Shown: one piece after another, positions 18,904 through 30,013 of the stretch
Layout of the letters: each line of letters starts with the position of its first letter
Numbering within the stretch: the stretch's first letter is position 1
DNA from: a virus
Lineage: Duplodnaviria; Heunggongvirae; Uroviricota; Caudoviricetes
DNA: 30,131 nt
Strand: one strand, 5' to 3'
IMG/VR virus record: IMGVR_UViG_2671180884_000022
The notes under the pieces: model-generated
What the model was told of the DNA's origin: nothing
What the model saw: the letters and a program-made list of their open reading frames with translations, nothing else
Database searches by the model: none
Program-made: the position numbers and the translations under genes

Positions 18904-19262
18904 CTATAAATCATTAGCTATGGTTAATGTTTGCTTGCTGAAACTAACACCGAATTGCTCTAAACAGATAAGTGCAGGGTTTATTAAAGCTGACCGACAG
19001 ACTTTCTTAACCTGGTAATATCTCTCTTGGGTGACTCTCCAAACATCCGCGAATATTCCCGACTGAAATGGGATAGCTTTCGTAACCGACAGCATAGGCT
19101 GCTGTGGTGACATCGTAATGTTCATTCAGCATCGGTCGCCTGACTTCATTGAGACGTAGCCATTTCTGATACCGGAGTGGACTCATTCCCGCTTGATCCG
19201 TCCTTAAATAAGTAACAGCACCCTCTGGTGTTTTCGTATGCAGTGTCTATGCGACAGACACT
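18904..19262 (-). pseudogene. AraC-family regulator remnant (frameshifted C-terminal HTH region)
   Basis: Minus-strand translation gives …GMSPLRYQKWLRLNEVRRPMLNEHYDVTTAAYAVGYESYP… in one frame and …FQSGIFADVWRVTQERYYQ… in another, together resembling an AraC C-terminal helix-turn-helix pair split by a frameshift, with no intact N-terminal domain. Position corresponds to where I recall the yneL pseudogene in K-12. Confidence 0.45.
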
Positions 19263-19498
19263 GCGCTCTTAGCATGGGGCAGGGAATAACCAGGCTATTT
19301 CTCCATGCACAGGCCAATTATGAAAGAGGAGAGGCTTAAGTTCTTGAACCCTGAACGAATAACGACTACCAGAAAAGCACTTCGCATCACTCAGACATGA
19401 TTTAACATAATATACATTATGCGCACCAGTATAAACCAAGGAAGAATCCAGTCGTTGGCGGTCATGATTGTTCATTAACAACGACCAAACCCCATATC

Positions 19499-20821
19499 TC
19501 ACTTACTACCGTATTCTCGGCTTAACCGTCCATGCAACCTCAACACATTGGTTTCAACTGCCGTCACCACGTTCTCCGGAAAATCTGTCGGTAATGAAGT
19601 CTTCACGTTATCCAGTGCTGCCGGAATCATTCTGGCAAAGTCACTTAGGATTTCATGCATCTGCACTTCCGGGAATCTCAGCACCTTTGCTGTCGCCAAA
19701 AAATGTCGCGGATAAATTTTATCGATTGCCGTTTTTTTGCCTTTGGATGCGTTAAGCCCCATTGCCAGTTTGAGATCGCTGATGTGTATTCCCGTACCGC
19801 CAAGGACCGGAAATGCTGAAATGATGTCGTAAAATGGCGTGAGTCGATAACTGCCGCCAGCCTGAATAAATACGGAGAAGTTTTTTGCATGACCGTCCGT
19901 TGCGCCAATCAACCACTGGAAGACCTGGAATTTCATAAAATCATAGCGATCTTTCAGCGCCTCGCTGGACCCCATCAAAAAAGCCATGATCCGCGCGATG
20001 CCTGGGCCTCCATCTGATTCATATTTCACCGATGAAGGTAAACCGAATGTCTGACACATATCCTCCTGTGGCAAGCGAAGTAAAACCGTTCGCTCAGCAT
20101 TCCAACGCCTGTCAAAACGTTCGACCGCTAACGCGCGCACATTTCCCGCTTTAATGATTTCTGCGTCCGGAACATTCAACCCAAGTTCTTTCGCCAGCAG
20201 CAGACAGTAATACTCATTATCAACGCTTTGGCTGAGATCGAGCGTCGCATTGGGCTGCCTGATTTCGCCAATCGGTAATTTAATGATGTGCGTCGTCGGC
20301 GTTATTCCTTTCGGAATGCACCAGTCATTGCCTATTCTAAGCAGCGCTGTCTTCTCCTGCGCGCCAGCAACCGAGATGCGAAAGTCATTTTCTTCTCTAA
20401 TCATGCCCAGAGGGATATCTGCTTTATAAGCCGTTAATACTTCTTCAAGCCTGGCTTCAGTAAGCTTTTCCCATGCCATTATCGGGCGCGTTATGGTTTC
20501 ATTTTCGGGTAATAACGTTACGGCACCAACGCTGTCTCGCCCTATTTCTGACAATAAATCAAACGGTTGTCTGGATTTAGCATGATAACGTTTAACGATC
20601 CGGTCACGTACAATCGGGCTATCGGGTAACAGGTTATCGAAGAAGTTAAATACGGCATCTGAGGTGATATTCCCCCTCTGCAATGGCAGCGAAAGTGACA
20701 ACGGTCTGGCATAACGGCTGGCTAACCACTCCGGTGCATACTTAAAGGTGTGCGCGCCGTTGGCTAACTTCGTTAACTCGCCTACCCGCTGGTTGTTCAT
20801 CCAAGTGACAAGTTTAGGCAT
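19499..20821 (-). CDS. hipA: HipA serine/threonine kinase toxin
   Basis: 440-aa product from MPKLVTWMNNQRVGELTKLANG…, with the catalytic region …WLIGATDGHAKNFSVF…. The track ORF extends 19 codons upstream; the start at 20821 overlaps the hipB stop by 1 nt, as expected for hipBA. Confidence 0.93.
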   Translation of the reverse strand: MPKLVTWMNNQRVGELTKLANGAHTFKYAPEWLASRYARPLSLSLPLQRGNITSDAVFNFFDNLLPDSPIVRDRIVKRYHAKSRQPFDLLSEIGRDSVGAVTLLPENETITRPIMAWEKLTEARLEEVLTAYKADIPLGMIREENDFRISVAGAQEKTALLRIGNDWCIPKGITPTTHIIKLPIGEIRQPNATLDLSQSVDNEYYCLLLAKELGLNVPDAEIIKAGNVRALAVERFDRRWNAERTVLLRLPQEDMCQTFGLPSSVKYESDGGPGIARIMAFLMGSSEALKDRYDFMKFQVFQWLIGATDGHAKNFSVFIQAGGSYRLTPFYDIISAFPVLGGTGIHISDLKLAMGLNASKGKKTAIDKIYPRHFLATAKVLRFPEVQMHEILSDFARMIPAALDNVKTSLPTDFPENVVTAVETNVLRLHGRLSREYGSK

Positions 20822-21087
20822 TACCACTCCAGATCTTGCTGTTCTGTTGATTCTGGCGAGGCATTTTTCGTGTCGCATAGTGTCATTGAGAGTTCAAGCG
20901 ACTGTAAAATCTTAAAAAATGTCGTGAGCGTGGTATTGTCAGGGTTGTTTTCGAAATTGGAAATTGTCGCCTGCTTAATGCCAATTTTTTTCGCCAGCTC
21001 GCTCTGCGTCCAGCCATTTTGCTGGCGAACCAGTTTCATTGCATTCGCTAATTGCGTTGGGCTATAGATCTTCTGAAAGCTCATCAT
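20821..21087 (-). CDS. hipB: HipB antitoxin / Xre-type HTH repressor
   Basis: 88-aa product MMSFQKIYSPTQLANAMKLVRQQNGWTQSELAKKIGIKQATISNFEN… with an HTH and C-terminal …EQQDLEW. The track ORF has 6 extra upstream codons. Confidence 0.93.
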   Translation of the reverse strand: MMSFQKIYSPTQLANAMKLVRQQNGWTQSELAKKIGIKQATISNFENNPDNTTLTTFFKILQSLELSMTLCDTKNASPESTEQQDLEW

Positions 21088-21108
21088 GTCATACGTCCAC
21101 AGCAAATT

Positions 21109-21222
21109 TATCCGCTTAAGGGGATATTATCAGTTTTATCCTTTAGTGAGGATAAAGTCAATCTGGAAACACATCTTATCCGCTGTACGGGATAAACGCT
21201 GCGATATCCGCGATCGCGGATA
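21109..21222. promoter_or_regulatory. hipBA operator array: four TATCC-N8-GGATA palindromes
   Basis: Four exact matches seen at about 21109..21126, 21137..21154, 21177..21194 and 21205..21222, upstream of hipB. Confidence 0.8.
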
Positions 21223-21259
21223 AAAGGGAGGCTTTAAAGCCTTTGAAGTCGGCAATATT

Positions 21260-21288
21260 AAGCCGCATGCCATCTCGACATGCGGCTT
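21260..21288 (-). terminator. strong stem-loop downstream of the autotransporter stop
   Basis: Perfect 10-bp inverted repeat aagccgcatg / catgcggctt with a 9-nt loop, immediately after the stop at 21296. The flanking U-tract is poor, so it is a putative terminator or RNA stability element. Confidence 0.4.
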
Positions 21289-21295
21289 ATACGGT

Positions 21296-22780
21296 TTACC
21301 AGCTATATTTCACTCCCAGCATGCCCTGAGTATCGCTATAGCCTTTATCACCTAGTTGCACACCGACATTCCCCCACAGGCTAAGGTTGTTATTTACTTT
21401 CGCCTCAACCCCGGTACGTACTTCACCGAGATTACGCGCACCTTCACGGCCTACGGTTTGACCATTCATCTTCACAGCGTAGACTTTGCTGTTGTTGATC
21501 CAATTCGCTTCAATGTAAGGCTGGAACTCACGCTGTTTACCATCGTCACGCTGGTGATGGCTGTTCAGGTAGGTTTTCACCCCAAGTCGCGTTTGCACAT
21601 TTCCGTCGCCTTCCGTTTCAATGCGCGTTCCGTCTTTCCGGGTATGGTCGGAATCTTTCACACCCATCCAGGTGATTTGCGCCTGTGGCTGGACGTACCA
21701 GGTATTCAGCGTCCCTTCGCTGCCGCTAAATGTTCCCGCTTCAAAGGTATACCCACCCTCAACAGAGGCCGTCACACCGCGAGAATCATAGTCGTCAGCA
21801 GAACGGTTATCGGAACTGACGCTGTTATCAAACCAGTTATACAGCGCCCAGCTGTCAACATAAGCGCCGGTCTTATTCGCATCGTTCTGATACCAGGTCG
21901 CGTACAGCCCAGCGCTGTAACCGCTGATGCGCCCATCCGATTTATAACCCACACGATTACTCTGAGTATTACTGTGCTGATTAGCGTAACCTGCCATCAC
22001 GCCAAGATGCCAGCGATCCTGCGCGTTGCTACTCCACTGCGCCAAATCGCCGCCTAGCTGCAATACATAGCGGTTAGCCTGAGTATTTAGCTGACCGTCA
22101 CCGGCCCTTGAACGTTCGTGCCCTCCGACATGACGCATCCACATACTGCTTGCCGACCCCTGAGAATGCAGTGAATCTATATACTGCGGCTCACCCAGAC
22201 GGTCGTGTAAACGATGGCTAAACAGCGAGTTGGCTGCGGCAATGTTGCTGATATAGCTTCCGGCCTCCGGGCGATAAACTGATGGGCCTTCCGGATCCAC
22301 AACAGGGGGATTATTGATGGGGTCGGGCGTATCCGGTGGCGTTACGCCGTCCCATTTACTGGTCAGATACCAGTTTTTCTCGTCATTCCCCTTCCCTTTA
22401 GCCAGCGTGTAGACGTAAGCCCCAGCTTCGACAGTTCCGGTGGTCAGCGCGAAGTTACCTGCAGAATTACCGCCAACCTCAATGAGTTCAATACCGTTGA
22501 CCGTTTGTGCACCGACGCCGCCAATGTTATCAACCCGAACGCGAGTGTTCCCTTGGGTATCGCCTTTCACGTTCATTTTATCGGTGGGCGAATTATCGCC
22601 GCCCAGCGTCGCGTTGAACGTCATCAGGCCATTGTTTCCGGTATAGTTGCCGTTAACGGTCAGTACATTCCCCGGTTTCCCCCCTTCGCTATTCATTTGA
22701 ACCGTGCCGCCATTCTCCAGGTTGCCGCCGATTGTGGTTTTAGCGACACGCAGTGTCCCCCCAAGCATAACGTTCACATC
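21296..22780 (-). pseudogene. AIDA-I / Ag43-like autotransporter, C-terminal ~495 codons only (5' end removed at the IS boundary)
   Basis: Gly/Asn/Thr-rich repeat region followed by a beta-barrel translocator domain ending …GVKYSW. The apparent TTG start of the track ORF lies inside the IS terminal repeat, so no native start or signal peptide is present. Position matches the autotransporter pseudogene next to hipB in K-12. Confidence 0.8.
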
Positions 22781-22788
22781 TGTAGTGG

Positions 22789-24300
<1,512 letters not shown>

Positions 24301-24325
<25 letters not shown>

Positions 24326-24723
24326 GCAGAAACAGGCTCTGCAGGCCCGGCGTCCTCTGCCTGTTCAGGGGCATCATTCACCACAAACTCATACATACCG
24401 GACAGCCGGTACACCACGTTTTCAGCATGAGAAATTGCCTCTGTGGGCCAGGTGGTAAGCACTTCCTGCTCAATCTGTTTAACGGCTTCATTCATGGAAG
24501 GCTGCTTTGTCTTCTGCGGATGGTTATGCCACAGGGACATAGCCACCACAAAAGCACCGGTTCTGATGGCGTCTTCCACAGTAAACTTCCGGTTGCTGTC
24601 TGACTCCGCCTGTTCTGCCTGCCGTTTCATCAGGGCGAGATGCTCAATACGCTGCAGGGCTGACAGTTCAGAAAGCGTGACGGTCACGCCGTTATGTTCA
24701 AATGATTCGGTTTTCAGGAACAT
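24301..24723 (-). CDS. G: phage lambda-like tail assembly chaperone G
   Basis: 140-aa product MFLKTESFEHNGVTVTLSELSALQRIEHLALMKRQAEQ… recognised as lambda gpG; the slippery site for the G-T fusion is near its 3' end. Confidence 0.9.
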
Positions 24724-24738
24724 CGCTGACTCTCCGGA

Positions 24739-25479
24739 TTAACTGTCGGTGACAGTGATTTCTGCAACCGCAGCAAGTTCACCATTACCGGATACAACCG
24801 GAATGTTGACCTTACCTGCAGCAACGCCTTTCACGGTGATGGTCATACCACTGACCGACACGGTGGCTTTTGTTTTATCCGCAGACACCGCACGAAAGCT
24901 CTTGTCGGTTACGCCCTCCGGCTGGAAGGCCACGGTCAGCGTGGTGCTCTGCCCTTTCACCACCGAGGTGCTGGCAGGCGTCACGGTCATGCCGGTTGCC
25001 GCTGTTACCGTGCTGCGATCTTCTGCCATCGACGGACGTCCCACATTGGTGACTTTCACCGTGCGGGTGATCACTTCCTTCGCCGTCACCGCCTTACCGA
25101 TACTGCTGACCCAGCCACGGAACACATCGACCGTGCCGTTCGGGAAGCGGATTTTATAGGCACGGGTATCGCCTTCATTAAACCACGCCAGCAGCGCCTG
25201 CTGCCCCTGCTCTCCGGGCATCCACGCCAGCGTGAAGCTGGTATCTCCGGCAGATTTCTGCCCCTGCCCGGTCGCAGTCCAGTCTGCATCTTCATCATCG
25301 AGATAGCTGTCGTCATAGGACTCAGCGGTCAGTTCGCCGGGCGTCAGGTCTTTAACTTTTGCCAGACGCGACCAGTCAACGTCTGAAAGCGGATTCGCAT
25401 AAGGGTCACCGCTCCCCTTATAAACCCACAGGGTGGTCCCGGCACCTTTCACCGGCATTGTAGGATTTGGTACAGGCAT
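24739..25479 (-). CDS. V: phage lambda-like major tail protein V (with C-terminal Ig-like domain)
   Basis: [36 protein letters not shown]… recognised as lambda gpV; the track ORF has 10 extra upstream codons. Confidence 0.88.
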   Translation of the reverse strand: MPVPNPTMPVKGAGTTLWVYKGSGDPYANPLSDVDWSRLAKVKDLTPGELTAESYDDSYLDDEDADWTATGQGQKSAGDTSFTLAWMPGEQGQQALLAWFNEGDTRAYKIRFPNGTVDVFRGWVSSIGKAVTAKEVITRTVKVTNVGRPSMAEDRSTVTAATGMTVTPASTSVVKGQSTTLTVAFQPEGVTDKSFRAVSADKTKATVSVSGMTITVKGVAAGKVNIPVVSGNGELAAVAEITVTDS

Positions 25480-25486
25480 AGCGTCC

Positions 25487-25882
25487 TCACATTTCATAGG
25501 TAATGACATAAGTCAGATCGGCTGAACTCCACAGGCCCGCATCATCGTCGCGCCGGTAGTCATAGCCGCTGGCCACCATACTGGTGATCAAATCTGACAG
25601 TGCCGGGATATCGCTCATCACCGGATAAATCCGGGACTCCATCCACGCATCCAGCTCTGAATCCGGCACCTGAGCAGGCAGGAAAACTTCGATATGCAGC
25701 TCCGCCTGCCAGGTATCGCTGTCCAGCTCTTCGCCCGTGTATTCAGCGCCGGTGAGATAAACGGCAACTGCCGGAAAATCCGCCTCATCAAAAACAGCGG
25801 GGCGACCATCAAAAAACGTCGCCCCGGTGTCATGCTTCTCCAGTGCATCCAGTACGGCTGCACGGAGTTCAGTATGTTTCAT
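25487..25882 (-). CDS. U: phage lambda-like tail terminator protein U
   Basis: 131-aa product [52 protein letters not shown]… recognised as lambda gpU. Confidence 0.9.
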   Translation of the reverse strand: MKHTELRAAVLDALEKHDTGATFFDGRPAVFDEADFPAVAVYLTGAEYTGEELDSDTWQAELHIEVFLPAQVPDSELDAWMESRIYPVMSDIPALSDLITSMVASGYDYRRDDDAGLWSSADLTYVITYEM

Positions 25883-26457
25883 CGCTTTATTACCATCCTC
25901 AGTTGATGCTGCAGCGCATAGCCCAGCTCTTTCGGAAGACGTTCACGCCGTATCCGCTCAATATTTTGTTTAAACGCCGTGGTCAGCGGCACCGCCATCG
26001 GGATTTTCACCACATCAATGGGGTAACGGTTTTTCCCGGCCACACGCTGCATGACATGCCACCGGCCATTTTTCAGTTGCTGAATAAACGCGCCGGGAAT
26101 ACGACGGTTTCCCACCACAAGCACGCTGCCGCCACCTTTCAGGGCTGAACGCTGCCCCTTTTTACGACGCCTGCGTCGGGACAGGACAATCCGCGCGTTA
26201 CCCAGCTTTATTACGGGCAAATCCCCCCGGTTAACCTTGATTCTGGCCTGCGGATTTTTGACCGTGGCCCTTTTCAGCCTGGCCCTTTCCTTTACCAGTT
26301 TCCGGCGTACCTTTGTCTCACGGGCAACCTGTGACGCCGACTGCGATATCGCGGATGAAGCAACGCGGTTAATGGCCATTGCGGCGGCACCGGGCACCGC
26401 CGTTCTGCTGATACGGCTGAGGTTTTCAACGGCCTGCTCAAGACCTTTTATGGCCAT
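25879..26457 (-). CDS. Z: phage lambda-like tail completion protein Z
   Basis: 192-aa product MAIKGLEQAVENLSRISRTAVPGAAAMAINRVASS… recognised as lambda gpZ; its stop overlaps the U start. Confidence 0.9.
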   Translation of the reverse strand: MAIKGLEQAVENLSRISRTAVPGAAAMAINRVASSAISQSASQVARETKVRRKLVKERARLKRATVKNPQARIKVNRGDLPVIKLGNARIVLSRRRRRKKGQRSALKGGGSVLVVGNRRIPGAFIQQLKNGRWHVMQRVAGKNRYPIDVVKIPMAVPLTTAFKQNIERIRRERLPKELGYALQHQLRMVIKR

Positions 26458-26468
26458 ACATCCCCCTT

Positions 26469-26822
26469 TCAGCGGCGACGGTTAACGGCAGGCGGTACGC
26501 CCCGCCCAAGCCAGAGATGACAGCTTCCGCCATCATCCGGCGAAACCCGGTCCACCCAGAAGTTTTCCTCGCCGATGGTCAGTGTGTCTCCACGCCGCAG
26601 CTGCCGCACATCATCAGTCCGGACAAACAGGGACGGGCTGGAGCCTTCAACGCGCACCCCCTGTCCGGCATAGCTGATATTTTCAGGGTCATCAAAAACA
26701 CCACGTATCACAGCACCGGACAGCTCACCGGATGTCATGGTGGCTGACGTTCCCATGTACCCGCGTATCGTTTCATCGGCGCGGGCAATGGCAGCATCGA
26801 ACAGGTTATCGGAATCAGCCAC
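26469..26822 (-). CDS. FII: phage lambda-like head-tail joining protein FII
   Basis: 117-aa product (GTG start) ADSDNLFDAAIARADETIRGYMGTSATMTSGE…GRGVPPAVNRRR recognised as lambda gpFII. Confidence 0.9.
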   Translation of the reverse strand: MADSDNLFDAAIARADETIRGYMGTSATMTSGELSGAVIRGVFDDPENISYAGQGVRVEGSSPSLFVRTDDVRQLRRGDTLTIGEENFWVDRVSPDDGGSCHLWLGRGVPPAVNRRR

Positions 26823-26833
26823 AGCGCCTCCCG

Positions 26834-27229
26834 TTATTGCATTCTGGCCAGGCCATGTTCTGTCATTTCGGCTGCCACACCGGCAGAGACACGAAACGCC
26901 GTTCCCGGCAGCACAAATGCCACAGGCTCATCCCGCGTGGCGTGAAGTGCATCAGTATGCAGCGTCACCAGTGCCACGACCGTGACCAGAGCAGCCGTAT
27001 CAATCACGGTATCCGGCTGCGCTGATACCACCTCATTTTCATGCCCGGTCAGCGCATTTTCCGGGCTGACAGATGTGTCCTGACCGGCAGCGTCATCCGT
27101 GTCATCAAGCTCCTCTTCCAGCTCTGCCACACGGAGTGCCAGTTCTTCTTTCGTCCCCGTCAGGCTGACATCACGGTTCAGTTGCTCACCCAGCACCTGA
27201 AGACGGGCAATCAGTTCATCTTTCGTCAT
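26834..27229 (-). CDS. FI: phage lambda-like DNA-packaging / head assembly protein FI
   Basis: MTKDELIARLQVLGEQLNRDVSLTGTKEELALRVAELEEELDD… recognised as lambda gpFI; the track ORF extends 13 codons upstream. Confidence 0.88.
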   Translation of the reverse strand: MTKDELIARLQVLGEQLNRDVSLTGTKEELALRVAELEEELDDTDDAAGQDTSVSPENALTGHENEVVSAQPDTVIDTAALVTVVALVTLHTDALHATRDEPVAFVLPGTAFRVSAGVAAEMTEHGLARMQ

Positions 27230-27270
27230 GGACTCCTCCACAGAGAGAAAATGGCCCCGAAGGGCCATGA

Positions 27271-28296
27271 TTACGCCAGTTGTACGGACACGAACGCATC
27301 AGGGTCAGCCAGCAGCATCAGCGGTGCTGACTGAATCATGGTGAACTCACGCGCCGGATCGCCGGTGGTCACCCAGTTTTTCGGGTAGCGGGCAGAGGCG
27401 TTAATACCTTCGCGCTGTGCGTCCGCATCCTGAATGCAGCCATAGGTGCGCAGACCGCGTGCCTGAGTGTTCCCCAGCACCATCGTGTTGTCCGGAAGGA
27501 AGTTCTTTTTGACGTCGTTTTCCACATACTGTCCGGAATACACGACGATCGCCGTATCGCCATACATCCCCTTATAGGACACCGCTTCGCCCAGGTCTTT
27601 TACCGCTGTCTCCAGCTCGGAATTAGAGCCGCGACGGGTATCCAGCTTCTCCTTGACGGCTTTGAAGGAACGGAACAGCGCCCAGCCTTTCGGATCAAAC
27701 ACGATGATATTCACCACACCGCTGGCGTTCAGCGCGTAGGCTTCGATATCGTCGGTCGGGTCATACGTGGACTTGTCACGCTTGCTCCACTCCGTACCGC
27801 CGGACTGCGTGATGTTGTTCGCCACACTGCGGCCCATATCCACTTCAACCGGATCGAAGGCTTCACCGGTCATGGTGTATTTGCCCTTAAGCACGGCAGA
27901 AACTGCCTGCATCTCTTCGACCTGAGCAATGGCCAGCTCTTCGTCTCGCATGTTCTGCAGGATGATGCGACGGCGGCGGTAAGCCGGGTCCGCCAGATTC
28001 TGTGGATCTTCATCCGGCAGGCGACGCAGGGTCATCTGCGGATTCACCTCATGCTTGGGTTTGACATATCCCGGTGTAAATTCAGAGGTGGAGCCGCCAC
28101 GGGAGCGGATAACCTCACCGGAAACAATCGGCGAAACGTACAGCGCCATGTTTACCAGTCCCGGAATTTGTGAGAGATAGACTTTCTCCGTGGTGAAGGG
28201 ATAGCTCTCACGGAAAAAGAGACGCAGAAACAGCGGATCAAACTTAAATTTCTTCTCATTTGCCGCCAGCAGCTGGGCGGTTGTGTACATCGACAT
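27271..28296 (-). CDS. E: phage lambda-like major capsid protein E (HK97 fold)
   Basis: MSMYTTAQLLAANEKKFKFDPLFLRLFFRESYPFTTEKVYLSQIPGLVNMALYVSPIVSGEV… is near-identical to lambda gpE as I recall it, 341 aa from the Met at 28296. Confidence 0.93.
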   Translation of the reverse strand: MSMYTTAQLLAANEKKFKFDPLFLRLFFRESYPFTTEKVYLSQIPGLVNMALYVSPIVSGEVIRSRGGSTSEFTPGYVKPKHEVNPQMTLRRLPDEDPQNLADPAYRRRRIILQNMRDEELAIAQVEEMQAVSAVLKGKYTMTGEAFDPVEVDMGRSVANNITQSGGTEWSKRDKSTYDPTDDIEAYALNASGVVNIIVFDPKGWALFRSFKAVKEKLDTRRGSNSELETAVKDLGEAVSYKGMYGDTAIVVYSGQYVENDVKKNFLPDNTMVLGNTQARGLRTYGCIQDADAQREGINASARYPKNWVTTGDPAREFTMIQSAPLMLLADPDAFVSVQLA

Positions 28297-28351
28297 AAAA
28301 AAATCCCGTAAAAAAAGCCGCACAGGCGGCCTTTAGTGATGAAGGGTAAGG

Positions 28352-28684
28352 TTAAACGATGCTGATTGCCGTTCCGGCAAACGCGGTCCGTTTTTTCGTC
28401 TCGTCGCTGGCAGCCTCCGGCCAGAGCACATCCTCATAACGGAACGTGCCGGACTTGTAGTACGTCAGCGTGGTGCTGGTCTGGTCAGCATCAACCGCCA
28501 GAATGCCAACGGCAGCACCGTCGGTGGTGCCATCCCACGCAACCAGCTTACGGGTGGAGGTATCCAGCATCAGCGGGGTCATTGCAGGCGCTTTCGCACT
28601 CAATCCGCCGGGCGCGGTTGCCGTATGTGCCGGGTCACTGTTGCCCAGCGGCTGGTAATGGGTAAAGGTTTCTTTGCTCGTCAT
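28352..28684 (-). CDS. D: phage lambda-like head decoration protein D
   Basis: [43 protein letters not shown]…[10 protein letters not shown] recognised as lambda gpD (110 aa). Confidence 0.93.
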   Translation of the reverse strand: MTSKETFTHYQPLGNSDPAHTATAPGGLSAKAPAMTPLMLDTSTRKLVAWDGTTDGAAVGILAVDADQTSTTLTYYKSGTFRYEDVLWPEAASDETKKRTAFAGTAISIV

Positions 28685-28693
28685 AAACATCCC

Positions 28694-29299
28694 TTACACT
28701 GGTGTGTTCAGCAAATCGTTAACGGCATCAGATGCCGGGTTACCTGCAGCCAGCGGTGCCGGTGCCCCCTGCATCAGACGATCCAGCGCAGTGTCACTGC
28801 GCGCCTGTGCACTCTGTGGTGCAGCTGCCAGAATGCGGCGGGCCGTTTCCACGGTCATACCGGGGGTTTCGGCCAGCACGCGTGCCTGTTCTTCACGTCC
28901 GTGAGCCTCCTCACAGTTGAGGATCCCCATAATGCGACTGTTTTCTGCCGCAACCGCTGCGGTGATCTGCGCGTTTACGTCCGGCTGCGCCGCGCTGGCG
29001 TTCTCGCCCTCCGTCACTTGCACCACGCCAGTAACGTCAGCCTGCGAAGCAGTGGCTGAAACAGTTGTTGATTGAGTCTCTTTGGTCATTCGCCCTCCTG
29101 AGAGACGGGATTTACGTGCATCCAGTGCATCACGCATGACGGTGATCGCATCGGTACTGTTAACAAGTTCATCAGCCAGTCCGGCATCAATGGCCTCCTG
29201 ACCGCTGTACACTGCAGCCTCGGTATCCAGCACAGCCTGCACAGACAGGCCGGTATATGCCGACACCTTCTGTGCAAACATCCGGCGGGTTGCATCCAT
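28694..29299 (-). CDS. Nu3: phage lambda-like scaffolding protein Nu3 (in-frame internal start within C)
   Basis: In lambda, Nu3 is the C-terminal 201 codons of the C reading frame starting at an internal Met; the corresponding Met (MDATRRMFAQKVSAY…) is present here 201 codons before the shared stop. Called by analogy only. Confidence 0.55.
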   Translation of the reverse strand: MDATRRMFAQKVSAYTGLSVQAVLDTEAAVYSGQEAIDAGLADELVNSTDAITVMRDALDARKSRLSGGRMTKETQSTTVSATASQADVTGVVQVTEGENASAAQPDVNAQITAAVAAENSRIMGILNCEEAHGREEQARVLAETPGMTVETARRILAAAPQSAQARSDTALDRLMQGAPAPLAAGNPASDAVNDLLNTPV

Positions 29300-30013
29300 C
29301 CGGGACTGCAGTGTTTCCCGGACATCATCCGGTAGATGGCTGTAGGGGTTGCCATCCACCTTATGGCTGCCGCTGTAAATCAGCGTGATTTCCACGCCCT
29401 GTTTCTCCAGCGCAGCGCCGTAATTACTGTGAGCCATCATGACGCCGATGGAGCCTGTCCGGGCGGTCTGCGTGACCAGACGCCGGGAGGCGGCACTGGC
29501 AAGCAGCTGACCTGCGCTGCAGTTCATGTCATTGGCCAGCGCCCATACCGGCTTTATGTCACGCACACGGGCGATGATGTCAGCGCAGTCAAATGCTCCC
29601 GCCACCATTCCGCCCGGTGTGTCCATATCGAGCAGAATGCCGTCCACCATCGGGTCGCTGGCAGCCTGTTGCAGACGGGCGATAATGCCGTTGTAACCGG
29701 TCATCCCCGAGTACGGCTGCAGCGCCCGCGTCCGGCTGACCAGCGTGCCGGACACCGGCAGCACGGCGATGCCGTTCATGACCTGATAACTGCGGGCCTG
29801 TCGTGGTCCGTCATCATCACCGGATAATGCCAGCGTCGCGGGTGCCTCCTGGGCAGTCAGGCTGTCGCCGGACACCGCATCCGTCAGGCGGCTGATCCCA
29901 AGCTGGCCTGCAAGCGCACAAAAGAAAACCCGCGCATAGGCGGGTTCAAGCATCAGCGGCTCATTAAAGGCCATGCTGGCAATATGCGGGAGATTACGCA
30001 GCTCTGCTGTCAC
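28694..30013 (-). CDS. C: phage lambda-like prohead protease / minor capsid protein C (S49 / ClpP-like fold)
   Basis: 439-aa product from a GTG preceded by AGGAGGAG: VTAELRNLPHIASMAFNEPLMLEPAYARVFFCALAGQLG… recognised as lambda gpC. The upstream part of the track ORF (to 30127) is read-through across the B/C overlap, not part of C. Confidence 0.88.
   Translation of the reverse strand: MTAELRNLPHIASMAFNEPLMLEPAYARVFFCALAGQLGISRLTDAVSGDSLTAQEAPATLALSGDDDGPRQARSYQVMNGIAVLPVSGTLVSRTRALQPYSGMTGYNGIIARLQQAASDPMVDGILLDMDTPGGMVAGAFDCADIIARVRDIKPVWALANDMNCSAGQLLASAASRRLVTQTARTGSIGVMMAHSNYGAALEKQGVEITLIYSGSHKVDGNPYSHLPDDVRETLQSRMDATRRMFAQKVSAYTGLSVQAVLDTEAAVYSGQEAIDAGLADELVNSTDAITVMRDALDARKSRLSGGRMTKETQSTTVSATASQADVTGVVQVTEGENASAAQPDVNAQITAAVAAENSRIMGILNCEEAHGREEQARVLAETPGMTVETARRILAAAPQSAQARSDTALDRLMQGAPAPLAAGNPASDAVNDLLNTPV

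Noticed and set aside
18600-19498. The ~900-bp region between the fimbrial operon and hipA as a possible hidden novel system
   Set aside because: It contains only the AT-rich fimbrial promoter region and a frameshifted AraC-family remnant; the track ORFs here (18904..19125, 19269..19502, 19468..19755) are fragments or frames of that pseudogene without independent support.
28297-28351. GC hairpin plus T7 run between D and E (and a similar hairpin between E and FI) as a novel terminator
   Set aside because: The same structures are present at these positions in phage lambda's late operon as I recall the sequence; they are part of the inherited phage module, not a new feature of this locus.
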